NCBI GenBank assembly: GCA_964440855.1
Contig: CAYTUA010000130.1
Coordinates: 1-30,199, forward strand
DNA length: 30,199 bases
From: an uncultured Lentimicrobiaceae bacterium
GTDB lineage: Bacteria; Bacteroidota; Bacteroidia; Bacteroidales; F082
Reading direction: 5' to 3'
Below are positions 1-8,285 of this stretch, piece by piece (within the stretch, counting starts at the first letter, position 1; every line of letters starts with the position of its first letter). The translations under genes were made by a program, and so were the position numbers. Under the pieces are notes generated by a model that was not told the DNA's origin, made no database searches, and saw only the letters and a list, made by a program, of their open reading frames with translations.

Positions 1-59
1 TTTCAGCTTCTCTTATCATTCATAGCCAGGCTCATACACAAAGTGCGAAACATTAGTTA
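1..59. repeat. 59-bp exact direct repeat, copy 1; probable right end of a MITE/IS-like element extending beyond the window start
   Basis: Bases 1..59 are identical to 2129..2187 and include the 16-bp TIR motif AGTGCGAAACATTAGT at 42..57. The match stops after ...CATTAGTTA. Confidence 0.9.
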
Positions 60-1481
60 TTCATTTTCAATTATTTCTTTCAATTCAGTTGTTATCTCAA
101 ATATTCGAAAAGGAAATTTCTGTCTTACTTCAGTCGCTTCTTCATAATCAAGTAAATCATATTGTTTAAAGAATTTTTTTTCAGAGTATACATTTCTTAA
201 TTCATTAACAGCTTCTTTTAAACTTAGCAAGACTTTGAAATAATTCGAAAAAGCAACATTGTCATTCACATAGAATTTGATTATATAATCTGAATTTTGT
301 TGAATTAATCTTTTAATTGTGCTTTTAATTCGATTGGTTTTAACCAAAGTGTCATTGATTACATTGTCAAATTCTGTTTGCTTAATTTCTATAATATTTT
401 GAACTTTATTTAAGTCCTTAATCGTTTTTGGATTCATCCAATCAGCTTTCCAATTGGGTAAAAGCATCGAAAATGAATAGTCTTGATAGAACCTTTTATC
501 ATACTCATTATTTGCTGGAACAACAGCATAAGCAATCCTTGAAACATTCGATTTTGTTAGTTCTTTTTTCACTTGATTGACAAAGTCCATTTTTATTGAT
601 TTGTGAATATGTAAACGATAAACCATGAAAGGAACATCGTACTTATATCTCACTGACTGCCATTCGATAATTTTTTCATGAAGTTTTTCAAAAGAAATTT
701 GTTCGTTGTCAACAATAATTATTGACTCATTTTCATTTTGCTTAGAATCAACCAAATATATATTTTCTGTTAATGACCTTTTCTCAATTCTTTTATAGCT
801 ATCAGATTCAGGCAATTCAAGGTTGTAATTGTAATGAATATTCTTTTTAAGATAATTATGATTAATTGTTTTGTAGTCAATTATATTAATTCTTGAAATA
901 CCAAAAGCAATAATAGATAATAGCACGCCTGAAATTAGCATCCATTTTTGCCCTTTCCTTTTTAATGACAAGCTTATTGTATTCCATGTTTGCAAGAACA
1001 GAACAATGACAATTAAAATAAATATGTAATTGTAATCTGGATATAAACTAAAAACGTAAAATCCGCCACGAAAAGTAAGTCCGAACATTAAACCAAAGAC
1101 AATGGCAAGTTTTGAAAACCAGCTTAAAAAATACCAGTTTATAGCTCTTTGGTCGTTTAATATTGTTGTTTTTCTGAGATTCTGCTTTCTAAATATACTT
1201 TTAGGTCGGTCAAGCCAAAATAAGAAAGCAATAGATTGTCCAATTATAACTGAAATATAGGCAAAAATCAGGTTATAAAAATAAACTTCTTTGTCGGTTA
1301 AAATCCACAAATCATAGGTTTCTGTAACTGAAAGAATCCTAAATACTTCTCGAATAAGGTATATGAAAGAATAAAATGCAAAAGCAAAGAATAGTCCGAC
1401 CATTATCCCAATGATAATCTTAAATCGAGATATTTGAATGAAATCAGGTTCTTTATGTAGAAATTTCTTTGTCAGCGTCAT
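57..1481 (-). CDS. Membrane protein with about 5 N-terminal TM helices and two C-terminal ExbD/TolR-like domains
   Basis: 474-aa ORF with five hydrophobic segments in the first ~200 aa. Segments LHIHKSIKMDFVNQVKKELTKSNVSRIAYAV and YFKVLLSLKEAVNELRN..KKFFKQYDLLD..VRQKFPFRIFE resemble Bacteroidota ExbD periplasmic domains. The gene is visibly more AT-rich than the rest of the window. Confidence 0.7.
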   Translation of the reverse strand: MTLTKKFLHKEPDFIQISRFKIIIGIMVGLFFAFAFYSFIYLIREVFRILSVTETYDLWILTDKEVYFYNLIFAYISVIIGQSIAFLFWLDRPKSIFRKQNLRKTTILNDQRAINWYFLSWFSKLAIVFGLMFGLTFRGGFYVFSLYPDYNYIFILIVIVLFLQTWNTISLSLKRKGQKWMLISGVLLSIIAFGISRINIIDYKTINHNYLKKNIHYNYNLELPESDSYKRIEKRSLTENIYLVDSKQNENESIIIVDNEQISFEKLHEKIIEWQSVRYKYDVPFMVYRLHIHKSIKMDFVNQVKKELTKSNVSRIAYAVVPANNEYDKRFYQDYSFSMLLPNWKADWMNPKTIKDLNKVQNIIEIKQTEFDNVINDTLVKTNRIKSTIKRLIQQNSDYIIKFYVNDNVAFSNYFKVLLSLKEAVNELRNVYSEKKFFKQYDLLDYEEATEVRQKFPFRIFEITTELKEIIENE

Positions 1482-1719
1482 TGTTGAGGTGTTTTCAGGC
1501 TAGATTACCAGCGGTTTGGCGGTCTGTTTTTGTTGCCGATTTCGAAGTAATTTGCTGACGAGTCCAACGGCAGGGCACCGATTGCAACCCGAAAATTCTG
1601 GAGGCGGCAGCGGAGGCACACATTGCAAATGTGCGCCATGGAGGGTGCCCAATAGCTCACTTGCTGTCTGCTCGATTGGCACTTCGTGCATTTTATTCAC
1701 TGATGTTTCGCACTCCGAA

Positions 1720-1732
1720 TAAAATGTTGATA
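1720..1732 (-). promoter_or_regulatory. IHF-consensus site just inside the left TIR
   Basis: The reverse complement TATCAACATTTTA matches WATCAANNNNTTR exactly. The region is AT-rich, so a chance match is possible. Confidence 0.4.
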
Positions 1733-1865
1733 ATGAGGAACAAAACACAAATGATGTTTTTTAAACTACAGAATTACAGCAACTTATATCTTTCCATTTT
1801 TGCTTTCAGGTTTACATGTCGCCAGTATCATGGATTATTTAGTAGAGCGCGAAGCGTGGCCCATT

Positions 1866-1996
1866 GCCCCCACCCCCCACAAGTGGGGGCTTCAGCCCGG
1901 TGTGATTTGACGTATAGGTTTTGGAATTGTACTGACTATTAGCCTTACTTCACTCTTGACCAGGTCGAAAGCCCCCACTTGTGGGGGTTGGGGGGC
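1866..1996. repeat. Inverted REP-like doublet (REPIN-like)
   Basis: GCCCCCACCCCCCACAAGTGGGGGCTT (1866..1892) and AAGCCCCCACTTGTGGGGGTTGGGGGGC (1969..1996) are near-perfect inverted copies 76 bp apart. Each has a 7-bp internal hairpin (CCCCCAC-AA-GTGGGGG). Confidence 0.8.
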
Positions 1997-2128
1997 TAAA
2001 ACAGAAAAATTAGCCAAAATATTATCTATTCACCTTTACAATATCAATCAGGCTGTAATCAATGATTTCAATCAATATCATGAATAGGGAAAAGCTTAAA
2101 GCTCAGAATATCTGTATTTTATATAAAA

Positions 2129-2187
2129 TTTCAGCTTCTCTTATCATTCATAGCCAGGCTCATACACAAAGTGCGAAACATTAGTTA
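2129..2187. repeat. 59-bp exact direct repeat, copy 2
   Basis: Identical to 1..59. Confidence 0.9.
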
Positions 2188-2287
2188 ATAAATCTTAAAT
2201 GGCTGTATTGTTAAAATGGACCAAAGCTTATCAAAAAAATGCATCAAATTTGAATAGAGAAATCACCCCCAGTATTGTACCATATAA

Positions 2288-2542
2288 TTACCGGTTTCCC
2301 AGGTACATGCGCGCACCACAGGCATAAGCAGAAGGACAAAGCTCTTGCTTGCCTTTGCTTTTTTTTGTCGCTTTGTTTTGTAATTCGGTGGTATTGAGTG
2401 GCTGAACTTCAAAAACAGTTTGTTCCTCCTTTTGCTTGGCTTTTCCTTGCAAGTAGACACTGTCAGTTTTTTGGCTGTTTGTGGGTTTTGACAAGCCAAA
2501 AAATTGCAACAAATTGTTTTTGAGTTTGTTATATTTGATCAC
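2288..2542 (-). CDS. Possible small basic hypothetical protein (84 aa, GTG start)
   Basis: ORF with a TAnnTTTG motif 40 bp upstream and an A-rich leader. No recognisable homology. Confidence 0.3.
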   Translation of the reverse strand: MIKYNKLKNNLLQFFGLSKPTNSQKTDSVYLQGKAKQKEEQTVFEVQPLNTTELQNKATKKSKGKQELCPSAYACGARMYLGNR

Positions 2543-2581
2543 AGGGGATTTTTTTTGTTATTTAATGAATCAAGTGTTTTG

Positions 2582-2589
2582 CAAAATTA
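2582..2589 (-). promoter_or_regulatory. Bacteroidota sigma-A -7 box (TAATTTTG)
   Basis: CAAAATTA on the + strand reads TAATTTTG on the - strand and points toward the small ORF at 2542. Confidence 0.4.
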
Positions 2590-2647
2590 CATAAATTATT
2601 CTTGAGGCATATCGACGGCACAAACCGTGGGTGTAAATCATTAAATG

Positions 2648-3592
2648 TTAAGTTAATGCACTGATTTTTTCAACAAGCACCTGTGCCATTTTGATATTTG
2701 ATTCATGCGTCCAGCCTGCTATATGCGGACTGAGGACAACATTGTCCAGTGCAAATAGCTGCTTCATGGGTTCGGGAAATTGGCTTAATTGCAGGCTTTC
2801 GAAGGATGATTTTTCGTACTCGAGTACATCGAGACAGGCACCACGAACGCTGCCACTTTTCAATGCAGCTAACAGGTCATTGGTGCTTACTACCTTACCC
2901 CGTGACGTGTTTAATAAAAAAATGGGTTTTGCAAACTTTTTAATATAGGCCAGGTCAACCATATAAGTTGTTTCTTCAGTTAGGGGGACATGCAGGCTTA
3001 GTATGTCGGATTCAGCAAAGATGCGGTCCATATCCACCTCTTCCACATTAGCATTCGAAAAATCACTTTTGTATTTGTCATAGGCCAATACCCTGACGCC
3101 AAAACCACTGAGTTTTTGCGCAAAAGCACTTCCCGTATTGCCATAGCCGATCAGGCCAATAGTTTTACCACCCAATTCAATCCCGCGGTTTTCTTCGCGC
3201 AACCAAATACCCTGCCGCACCTGCTTGTCGGCCACCAGCAGTTTGTTGAATAAAGCCAGCAACATGCCAATAGCCTGTTCGGCAACGGCATCGCGGTTGC
3301 CTTCAGGGGCATTCAGGCAACTGATCCCTTTTTTTCGGGCGTATTCTACGTCAATGTTTTCCATACCTGCGCCTACACGTGCTATGAAACGCAGTTTGCC
3401 GGCCACATCCATGATTTGCTTGTTCATGGAAATTTTGCTGCGCACCACAAAGCCGGTGTATTCCCCTGCAATACGCAGAATATCTTCCTTTTCGTAATCC
3501 GGGAAGTGATCGCATACAAATCCCATCTGTTCCAGTATTTGGTGTAGGCTGGGATGGGCTGTGTCAATAAAGAGGATTTTTGATTGAGGCAT
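2648..3592 (-). CDS. D-isomer-specific 2-hydroxyacid dehydrogenase (SerA-like, no ACT domain)
   Basis: ARVGAGMENIDV, NAPEGNRDAVAE, Rossmann GLIGYGNTG, NTSRG, LDVLEYE and SPHIAG motifs. Confidence 0.9.
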   Translation of the reverse strand: MPQSKILFIDTAHPSLHQILEQMGFVCDHFPDYEKEDILRIAGEYTGFVVRSKISMNKQIMDVAGKLRFIARVGAGMENIDVEYARKKGISCLNAPEGNRDAVAEQAIGMLLALFNKLLVADKQVRQGIWLREENRGIELGGKTIGLIGYGNTGSAFAQKLSGFGVRVLAYDKYKSDFSNANVEEVDMDRIFAESDILSLHVPLTEETTYMVDLAYIKKFAKPIFLLNTSRGKVVSTNDLLAALKSGSVRGACLDVLEYEKSSFESLQLSQFPEPMKQLFALDNVVLSPHIAGWTHESNIKMAQVLVEKISALT

Positions 3593-3603
3593 GTTTCATA
3601 AAT

Positions 3604-4770
3604 TTACCTATTCCCATTTAATCGCGACGACTCCCGGTTTATGCTCCTGCGGGCCGATTCATTCAGCGCTTTGGCAGCTTCAAGCACCATCAGGCCATCA
3701 GGTGGGAAAGGGATGTGCTTATTTTGCATCATTTGCCTCGTTTCTTTCGAAATGGCTTTTAAATCGCCGTTTACGCTGGCAAAAGCATGGTTGAAGTTAT
3801 TGGTTGCCGAAATGGGTATGGAGTAGACAATGCTGTTGTCGTAGTTGCGCATATAGTCCACGCTGCCTTCGAGCAAGGCACTTTTGTTGAGCAGGGTTTC
3901 GTAAACAATGGCTGAAACTGTTCTGTAATTGGGCACTTCCACCACTTTACCATCTTCATCCAGGACGATGTTCCCTTCATCATCACGCTTTGGTTTGGTC
4001 CCATCTTCAATCTCCCTGGTTTCAGTAAAACTGCGCGACTCAACTTGCTCAGGCGAAACACGGATATTTTTAAGTGTAATCCAAATGGTAAAATCATAGT
4101 TTTTGCCATCAAAAGCATACAGGTCATATTGCACAAATTCATCACGGAAATCGGCGGGGTTAAAGGCCATCAATCTATCGGTGAACCCATCGGGCAAAGG
4201 CATGCCTGCCTGGTTGTCGAAAGCCAGCAACACCTGGTTGGTGCCTTGCAGCAATGCCTGACGCATAAGTATTTCTGTATCGCGATAGTTGCGGTTGATT
4301 TGTGTTAGTTCCAACAAAAGGTCATAAGCCTTCCTGGCATCTGCTCTGTCATTGCTTTTGAGCAACTGTTCTGATCTGGCATACAGATAGGCTGAGGCCT
4401 TGTTGCGCGATTCGGCTATGTCGGCCCCATAATCAATTGGCCTGAAATTTACGCCCTGCTTTACGGCATCAGGCAATCCTTTGATCAAATCCTGCCGGTG
4501 GTTCATGGCCAGGTAGCGGAAATGTATATCTGACCAAATATCAGGTTGGCCACTTTGGCGCAAAAGCATTATCCTGTCATGGTCGCGCTGATTGGCCGCA
4601 TGAAAAGCCTGTCTGAGCAATTTCACATGCTTTTCCTTGGGGGTGCCAGTGCGCAACGACTTGCTAAGTTTCTCAATAGCCTGGTCATATTCCTGGTTTT
4701 TCACCAGTCTGGAAGGTGATGCGCATCCAAAGAGCAGCACCGTCATCAATAAAATGGCAATTAATCGCAT
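3604..4770 (-). CDS. Hypothetical lipoprotein with helical/TPR-like N-terminal half (start revised from 4836 to ATG 4770)
   Basis: MRLIAILLMTVLLFG-C is a signal peptide II with a lipobox. A TAATTTTG promoter at 4791..4798 lies inside the longer predicted N-terminus. The stop is 11 bp from the dehydrogenase start. Confidence 0.75.
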   Translation of the reverse strand: MRLIAILLMTVLLFGCASPSRLVKNQEYDQAIEKLSKSLRTGTPKEKHVKLLRQAFHAANQRDHDRIMLLRQSGQPDIWSDIHFRYLAMNHRQDLIKGLPDAVKQGVNFRPIDYGADIAESRNKASAYLYARSEQLLKSNDRADARKAYDLLLELTQINRNYRDTEILMRQALLQGTNQVLLAFDNQAGMPLPDGFTDRLMAFNPADFRDEFVQYDLYAFDGKNYDFTIWITLKNIRVSPEQVESRSFTETREIEDGTKPKRDDEGNIVLDEDGKVVEVPNYRTVSAIVYETLLNKSALLEGSVDYMRNYDNSIVYSIPISATNNFNHAFASVNGDLKAISKETRQMMQNKHIPFPPDGLMVLEAAKALNESARRSINRESSRLNGNR

Positions 4771-4790
4771 AGGGTCATTTTTAGAAGTTT

Positions 4791-4798
4791 CAAAATTA
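4791..4798 (-). promoter_or_regulatory. -7 promoter box (TAATTTTG) for the lipoprotein/dehydrogenase operon
   Basis: Exact TAnnTTTG 20 bp upstream of ATG 4770. Confidence 0.55.
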
Positions 4799-4933
4799 GT
4801 GATTATGCACACGATGTCATGCAGCAATCTTAACAAATTTCGAACCAGTTTTTCGTAATCGAAAATAAAGTGCTAATTTCGGTGGCTCATTTGAATTTCG
4901 ACACACTTTTTAGGCATTCAAAGCTATGCTTTT

Positions 4934-7342
4934 ATGAAGATCTGGACATTGATGGTAAGGCTGATATTGAGGAACCGTGTGGCAAACCTCATTGTTATCG
5001 GGATGATTACATTGCTCATGGGGTGGCAGGGTTTAAAGGTGAAAATGCATTATGAAATGCCCAGCATGTTACCCGATTCGGATAGCACAAGCATTGTTTA
5101 TCAGAATTTTAAAAAACAATTTGGGCAGGATGGCAGTGTGATGTTTGTAGGCATTCAGGATGAGAAACTGTTTGATCTGGATCACTTTCGTGCCTGGTAT
5201 AAACTTACAGAGGAGTTGAGGCGCATCGAAGGGGTAGAAGAAGTGGTGTCGGTGGCACGGATGTTCCAACTGCAGCGCAACGACAGCCTGCGTAAATTTG
5301 ATTTTCTTCCTGTTGTGGCGCGTCTTCCACAAACCCAGGCCGAACTTGATTCGCTCCGAGAGGCCATTTATAAGCTTCCTTTTTATGAAGGTTTGCTGTT
5401 CAATACAAAAAACCATGTGAGCATGATGATGATCACGCTCGATAACGAGTTGCTCAACACCAAAAGCCGCGTTGGTTTGGTATTTGAAATCAGGAATACG
5501 CTCGATAAATTCTCCAAAGAACAAAACCTCAAGCTATATTACTCAGGCCTGCCCTATATCAGGACCATGACATCAAAAAAGATTCAGGATGAACTGGTGC
5601 TGTTTATGTTTCTTGCCCTGGTGATAGCTGGCATCATCCTGTATGTTTTTTTCCGCTCAGCCAGACTGGTTTCTTTTATCCTGCTAATAGTAGTGATTAC
5701 GGTGATATTTATGTTTGGTACCATCACCTTGTTAGGCTATAAAATTTCAATACTTACAGCCATTTTGCCCCCCTTGCTTATTGTGATCGGGGTAGAAAAT
5801 TCTATCTTCTTGTTAAATAAATACTATAACGAATTTATTATTCACGGCAACAAAATAAAAGCTTTGTCGCGGGTAATCAGGCGTATAGGCCCTGCCAATC
5901 TACTAACCAACGCCACCACTGCCGCTGGTTTTGCAGCTTTTACGGTTACCGGAAATAAATTACTTGTCGATTTTGGTGTGGTTGCTTCTATCAATATACT
6001 GGCTTCATACCTTCTGAGCCTGTTCCTCATACCCATCATTTTTTCATTCCTTCCCGATCCCAAGGCCAGGCACATTCAGCATCTTGAAAAGGGCTTGGTG
6101 AGCAGGCTGTTAGAAAAAATTGTTTGGGTGGTATTAAATAGGCGTAATACGGTATATGCGATATCCATTACTGTAGTGCTTATTGGCTGTTTTGGACTGC
6201 TGCGGCTGCGAACCACCGGCAACGTGGTTGACGATATTTCTAAAAAAGATAGACTTTATAAAGACATGTTGTTTTTCGAAGAGCATTTTAATGGCGTAAT
6301 GCCTTTCGAAATTACGTTGGATACCAAGCGTAACCGGGGCGTATTGCGAATGGATAATTTGCAGAAAATTGACCAATTGCAGGATACCTTGCTAACCTTT
6401 TCTCATTTTAGTAAACCTTTGTCGGTTGTAGAGTTGGTGAAATTCTCCAAGCAGGCTTTTTACCGGGGTGATCCCAATTTTTACAACCTGCCAAGCAATC
6501 AGGAGCGGAATTTTATACTGCCCTATATGCCCAATATGCAGGGGGCTGGCCATGCACTTGTAAATTCGTTTGTGGATACCAATCTGCAGCTTACACGTAT
6601 CAGTGTGCAAATGGCCAATGTAAGTACGCGACAGATCGACAGTATCCTACAAACCCTTGACCCTAAGATCAAACAAATATTTCCACCTGAGGATTATGAT
6701 GTTGGTATCACAGGTACGAGTGTGGTTTTTTTGGAGGGAACCAATTATATGGTACGTAATTTACTCACTTCCCTGCTACTGGCATTGGTGGTAATAGTTT
6801 TGCTGATGGCACTTACTTTTTCCTCCTCCAAAATGATACTCATATCACTTGTTCCAAATCTTATTCCACAGCTGCTCACCGCGGCCATGATGGGATATGC
6901 AGGTATATCCATTAAGCCATCAACGATACTCATTTTCAGTATTGCACTGGGAATCAGCGTAGACAATACCATTCATTTTCTGGCCCGATACAGGCAGCAA
7001 CTGTTGATTAATAGTTTTAAAATCAAAGAATCGGTTTTGGCTGCCTTACTCGAAACAGGTTTTAGTATTATGTATTCTGCTGTGGTACTGTTTTTTGGTT
7101 TTGGAATATTTATTCTCTCATCCTTTGGGGGCACCGAGGCCATGGGGTATTTGGTATCCTTTACTTTGCTAATTGCCATGCTTTCGAACCTTTTTGTGCT
7201 TCCTTCGTTGTTATTGACATTGGACAAACGCATCATTACAAAATCTTTCAAAGAGCCGTTTTTTGAGATTTTTGATGAGGAGGATGACCTTGAGTTAGAT
7301 GATTTGGAGGTTGAAGAAATTGATACACGTGGCGGAAGCTAA
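4934..7342 (+). CDS. MMPL/RND-family transporter
   Basis: 802 aa with two repeats of one TM + large periplasmic loop + TM bundle, SGLPYIR and GISVDNTIHF motifs, and an acidic C-terminal tail. Confidence 0.9.
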   Translation: MKIWTLMVRLILRNRVANLIVIGMITLLMGWQGLKVKMHYEMPSMLPDSDSTSIVYQNFKKQFGQDGSVMFVGIQDEKLFDLDHFRAWYKLTEELRRIEGVEEVVSVARMFQLQRNDSLRKFDFLPVVARLPQTQAELDSLREAIYKLPFYEGLLFNTKNHVSMMMITLDNELLNTKSRVGLVFEIRNTLDKFSKEQNLKLYYSGLPYIRTMTSKKIQDELVLFMFLALVIAGIILYVFFRSARLVSFILLIVVITVIFMFGTITLLGYKISILTAILPPLLIVIGVENSIFLLNKYYNEFIIHGNKIKALSRVIRRIGPANLLTNATTAAGFAAFTVTGNKLLVDFGVVASINILASYLLSLFLIPIIFSFLPDPKARHIQHLEKGLVSRLLEKIVWVVLNRRNTVYAISITVVLIGCFGLLRLRTTGNVVDDISKKDRLYKDMLFFEEHFNGVMPFEITLDTKRNRGVLRMDNLQKIDQLQDTLLTFSHFSKPLSVVELVKFSKQAFYRGDPNFYNLPSNQERNFILPYMPNMQGAGHALVNSFVDTNLQLTRISVQMANVSTRQIDSILQTLDPKIKQIFPPEDYDVGITGTSVVFLEGTNYMVRNLLTSLLLALVVIVLLMALTFSSSKMILISLVPNLIPQLLTAAMMGYAGISIKPSTILIFSIALGISVDNTIHFLARYRQQLLINSFKIKESVLAALLETGFSIMYSAVVLFFGFGIFILSSFGGTEAMGYLVSFTLLIAMLSNLFVLPSLLLTLDKRIITKSFKEPFFEIFDEEDDLELDDLEVEEIDTRGGS

Positions 7343-7410
7343 TTGGTAGCTGCAACATTTTATAAAAAATCAAGTTTATCAAAAGGAATTAAATAAAAAA
7401 ACCATACATC

Positions 7411-8271
7411 ATGAAAGGAATCATCTTAGCAGGCGGGTCGGGAACACGTTTACATCCCCTTACGCTGGCCGTGAGCAAGCAACTAATGCCTATTTACGAC
7501 AAGCCTATGATTTACTATCCCCTATCAGTTTTGCTTATGGCCGGGATACGCGAAATCCTGATAATTTCTACTCCGCACGACTTGCCGCATTTTAAAAGAC
7601 TTCTGGGCGACGGTTCAGGCATTGGATGCACATTCGCTTATGCTGAGCAGGTGGTCCCCAATGGCTTGGCGCAGGCTTTTGTGATTGGAAAGGAGTTTGT
7701 TGGAAATGATAAAGTTGCACTTGTGCTGGGTGATAATATATTCTATGGCAGTGGCTTGCAAAAATTGCTTGTCGAGAACAACGATCCTGATGGAGGTGTG
7801 GTATTTGCTTATCATGTTTCGGACCCGGAGCGCTATGGTGTGGTTGAGTTTGACGATGAAAACAAGGCCATTTCCATCGAAGAAAAACCAAAGCAGCCCA
7901 AATCGAATTATGCAGTGCCAGGCTTGTATTTTTATGACAATTCAGTTGTGGACGTGGCTGCTAATATTCAGCCAAGTGCGCGTGGTGAGTACGAAATCAC
8001 GGATGTTAATAAATACTATCTGAAGCAAGGAAACCTGAAGGTGGGTATTCTGGGGCGCGGAACTGCCTGGCTGGATACAGGCACTTTCGAATCCCTGCTG
8101 CAAGCATCGCAGTTTGTGGAGGTGATCGAAAACCGACAAGGACTCAAAATTGGTTGTATTGAAGAAATTGCCTTCAAAAAAGGCTTTATTGATGCCGCAC
8201 AATTGGAAATAATTGCGCAACCATTGCTTAAAAGTGGTTATGGCCAGTATTTGTTAAACCTCATTAGATAA
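7411..8271 (+). CDS. rfbA: Glucose-1-phosphate thymidylyltransferase
   Basis: [47 protein letters not shown] and [10 protein letters not shown] motifs. Confidence 0.97.
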   Translation: MKGIILAGGSGTRLHPLTLAVSKQLMPIYDKPMIYYPLSVLLMAGIREILIISTPHDLPHFKRLLGDGSGIGCTFAYAEQVVPNGLAQAFVIGKEFVGNDKVALVLGDNIFYGSGLQKLLVENNDPDGGVVFAYHVSDPERYGVVEFDDENKAISIEEKPKQPKSNYAVPGLYFYDNSVVDVAANIQPSARGEYEITDVNKYYLKQGNLKVGILGRGTAWLDTGTFESLLQASQFVEVIENRQGLKIGCIEEIAFKKGFIDAAQLEIIAQPLLKSGYGQYLLNLIR

Positions 8272-8285
8272 GCTATTTAACTCAA

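Larger units (their letters stand above)
1699..2185. mobile_element. MITE-like non-autonomous element with 16-bp imperfect terminal inverted repeats
   Basis: ACTGATGTTTCGCACT (1699..1714) is the inverted complement of AGTGCGAAACATTAGT (2170..2185), 15/16 identical. No transposase-like ORF inside. The right end is duplicated at 1..59. No clear target-site duplication. Confidence 0.6.

Noticed and set aside
1540-1600. Hammerhead ribozyme-like core (CTGACGA 1555..1561, GAAA 1591..1594)
   Set aside because: Stem II cannot form (GTCC faces ACCC), and only 1 nt lies between the putative cleavage site and CUGA, so stem I is missing.
1500-1942. Short ORFs 1500..1748, 1516..1722 and 1631..1942
   Set aside because: They overlap one another in a repeat- and hairpin-rich region, have atypical composition and carry no transposase or other motif.
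1866-1996. G-quadruplex from the G runs of the REP doublet
   Set aside because: The runs are split between strands or tied up in hairpins, and there are not four closely spaced G tracts on one strand.
2530-2537. Plus-strand TATATTTG box that would fire antisense into the dehydrogenase 3' end
   Set aside because: No properly spaced -33 TTTG, and the AT-rich context makes a chance match likely.
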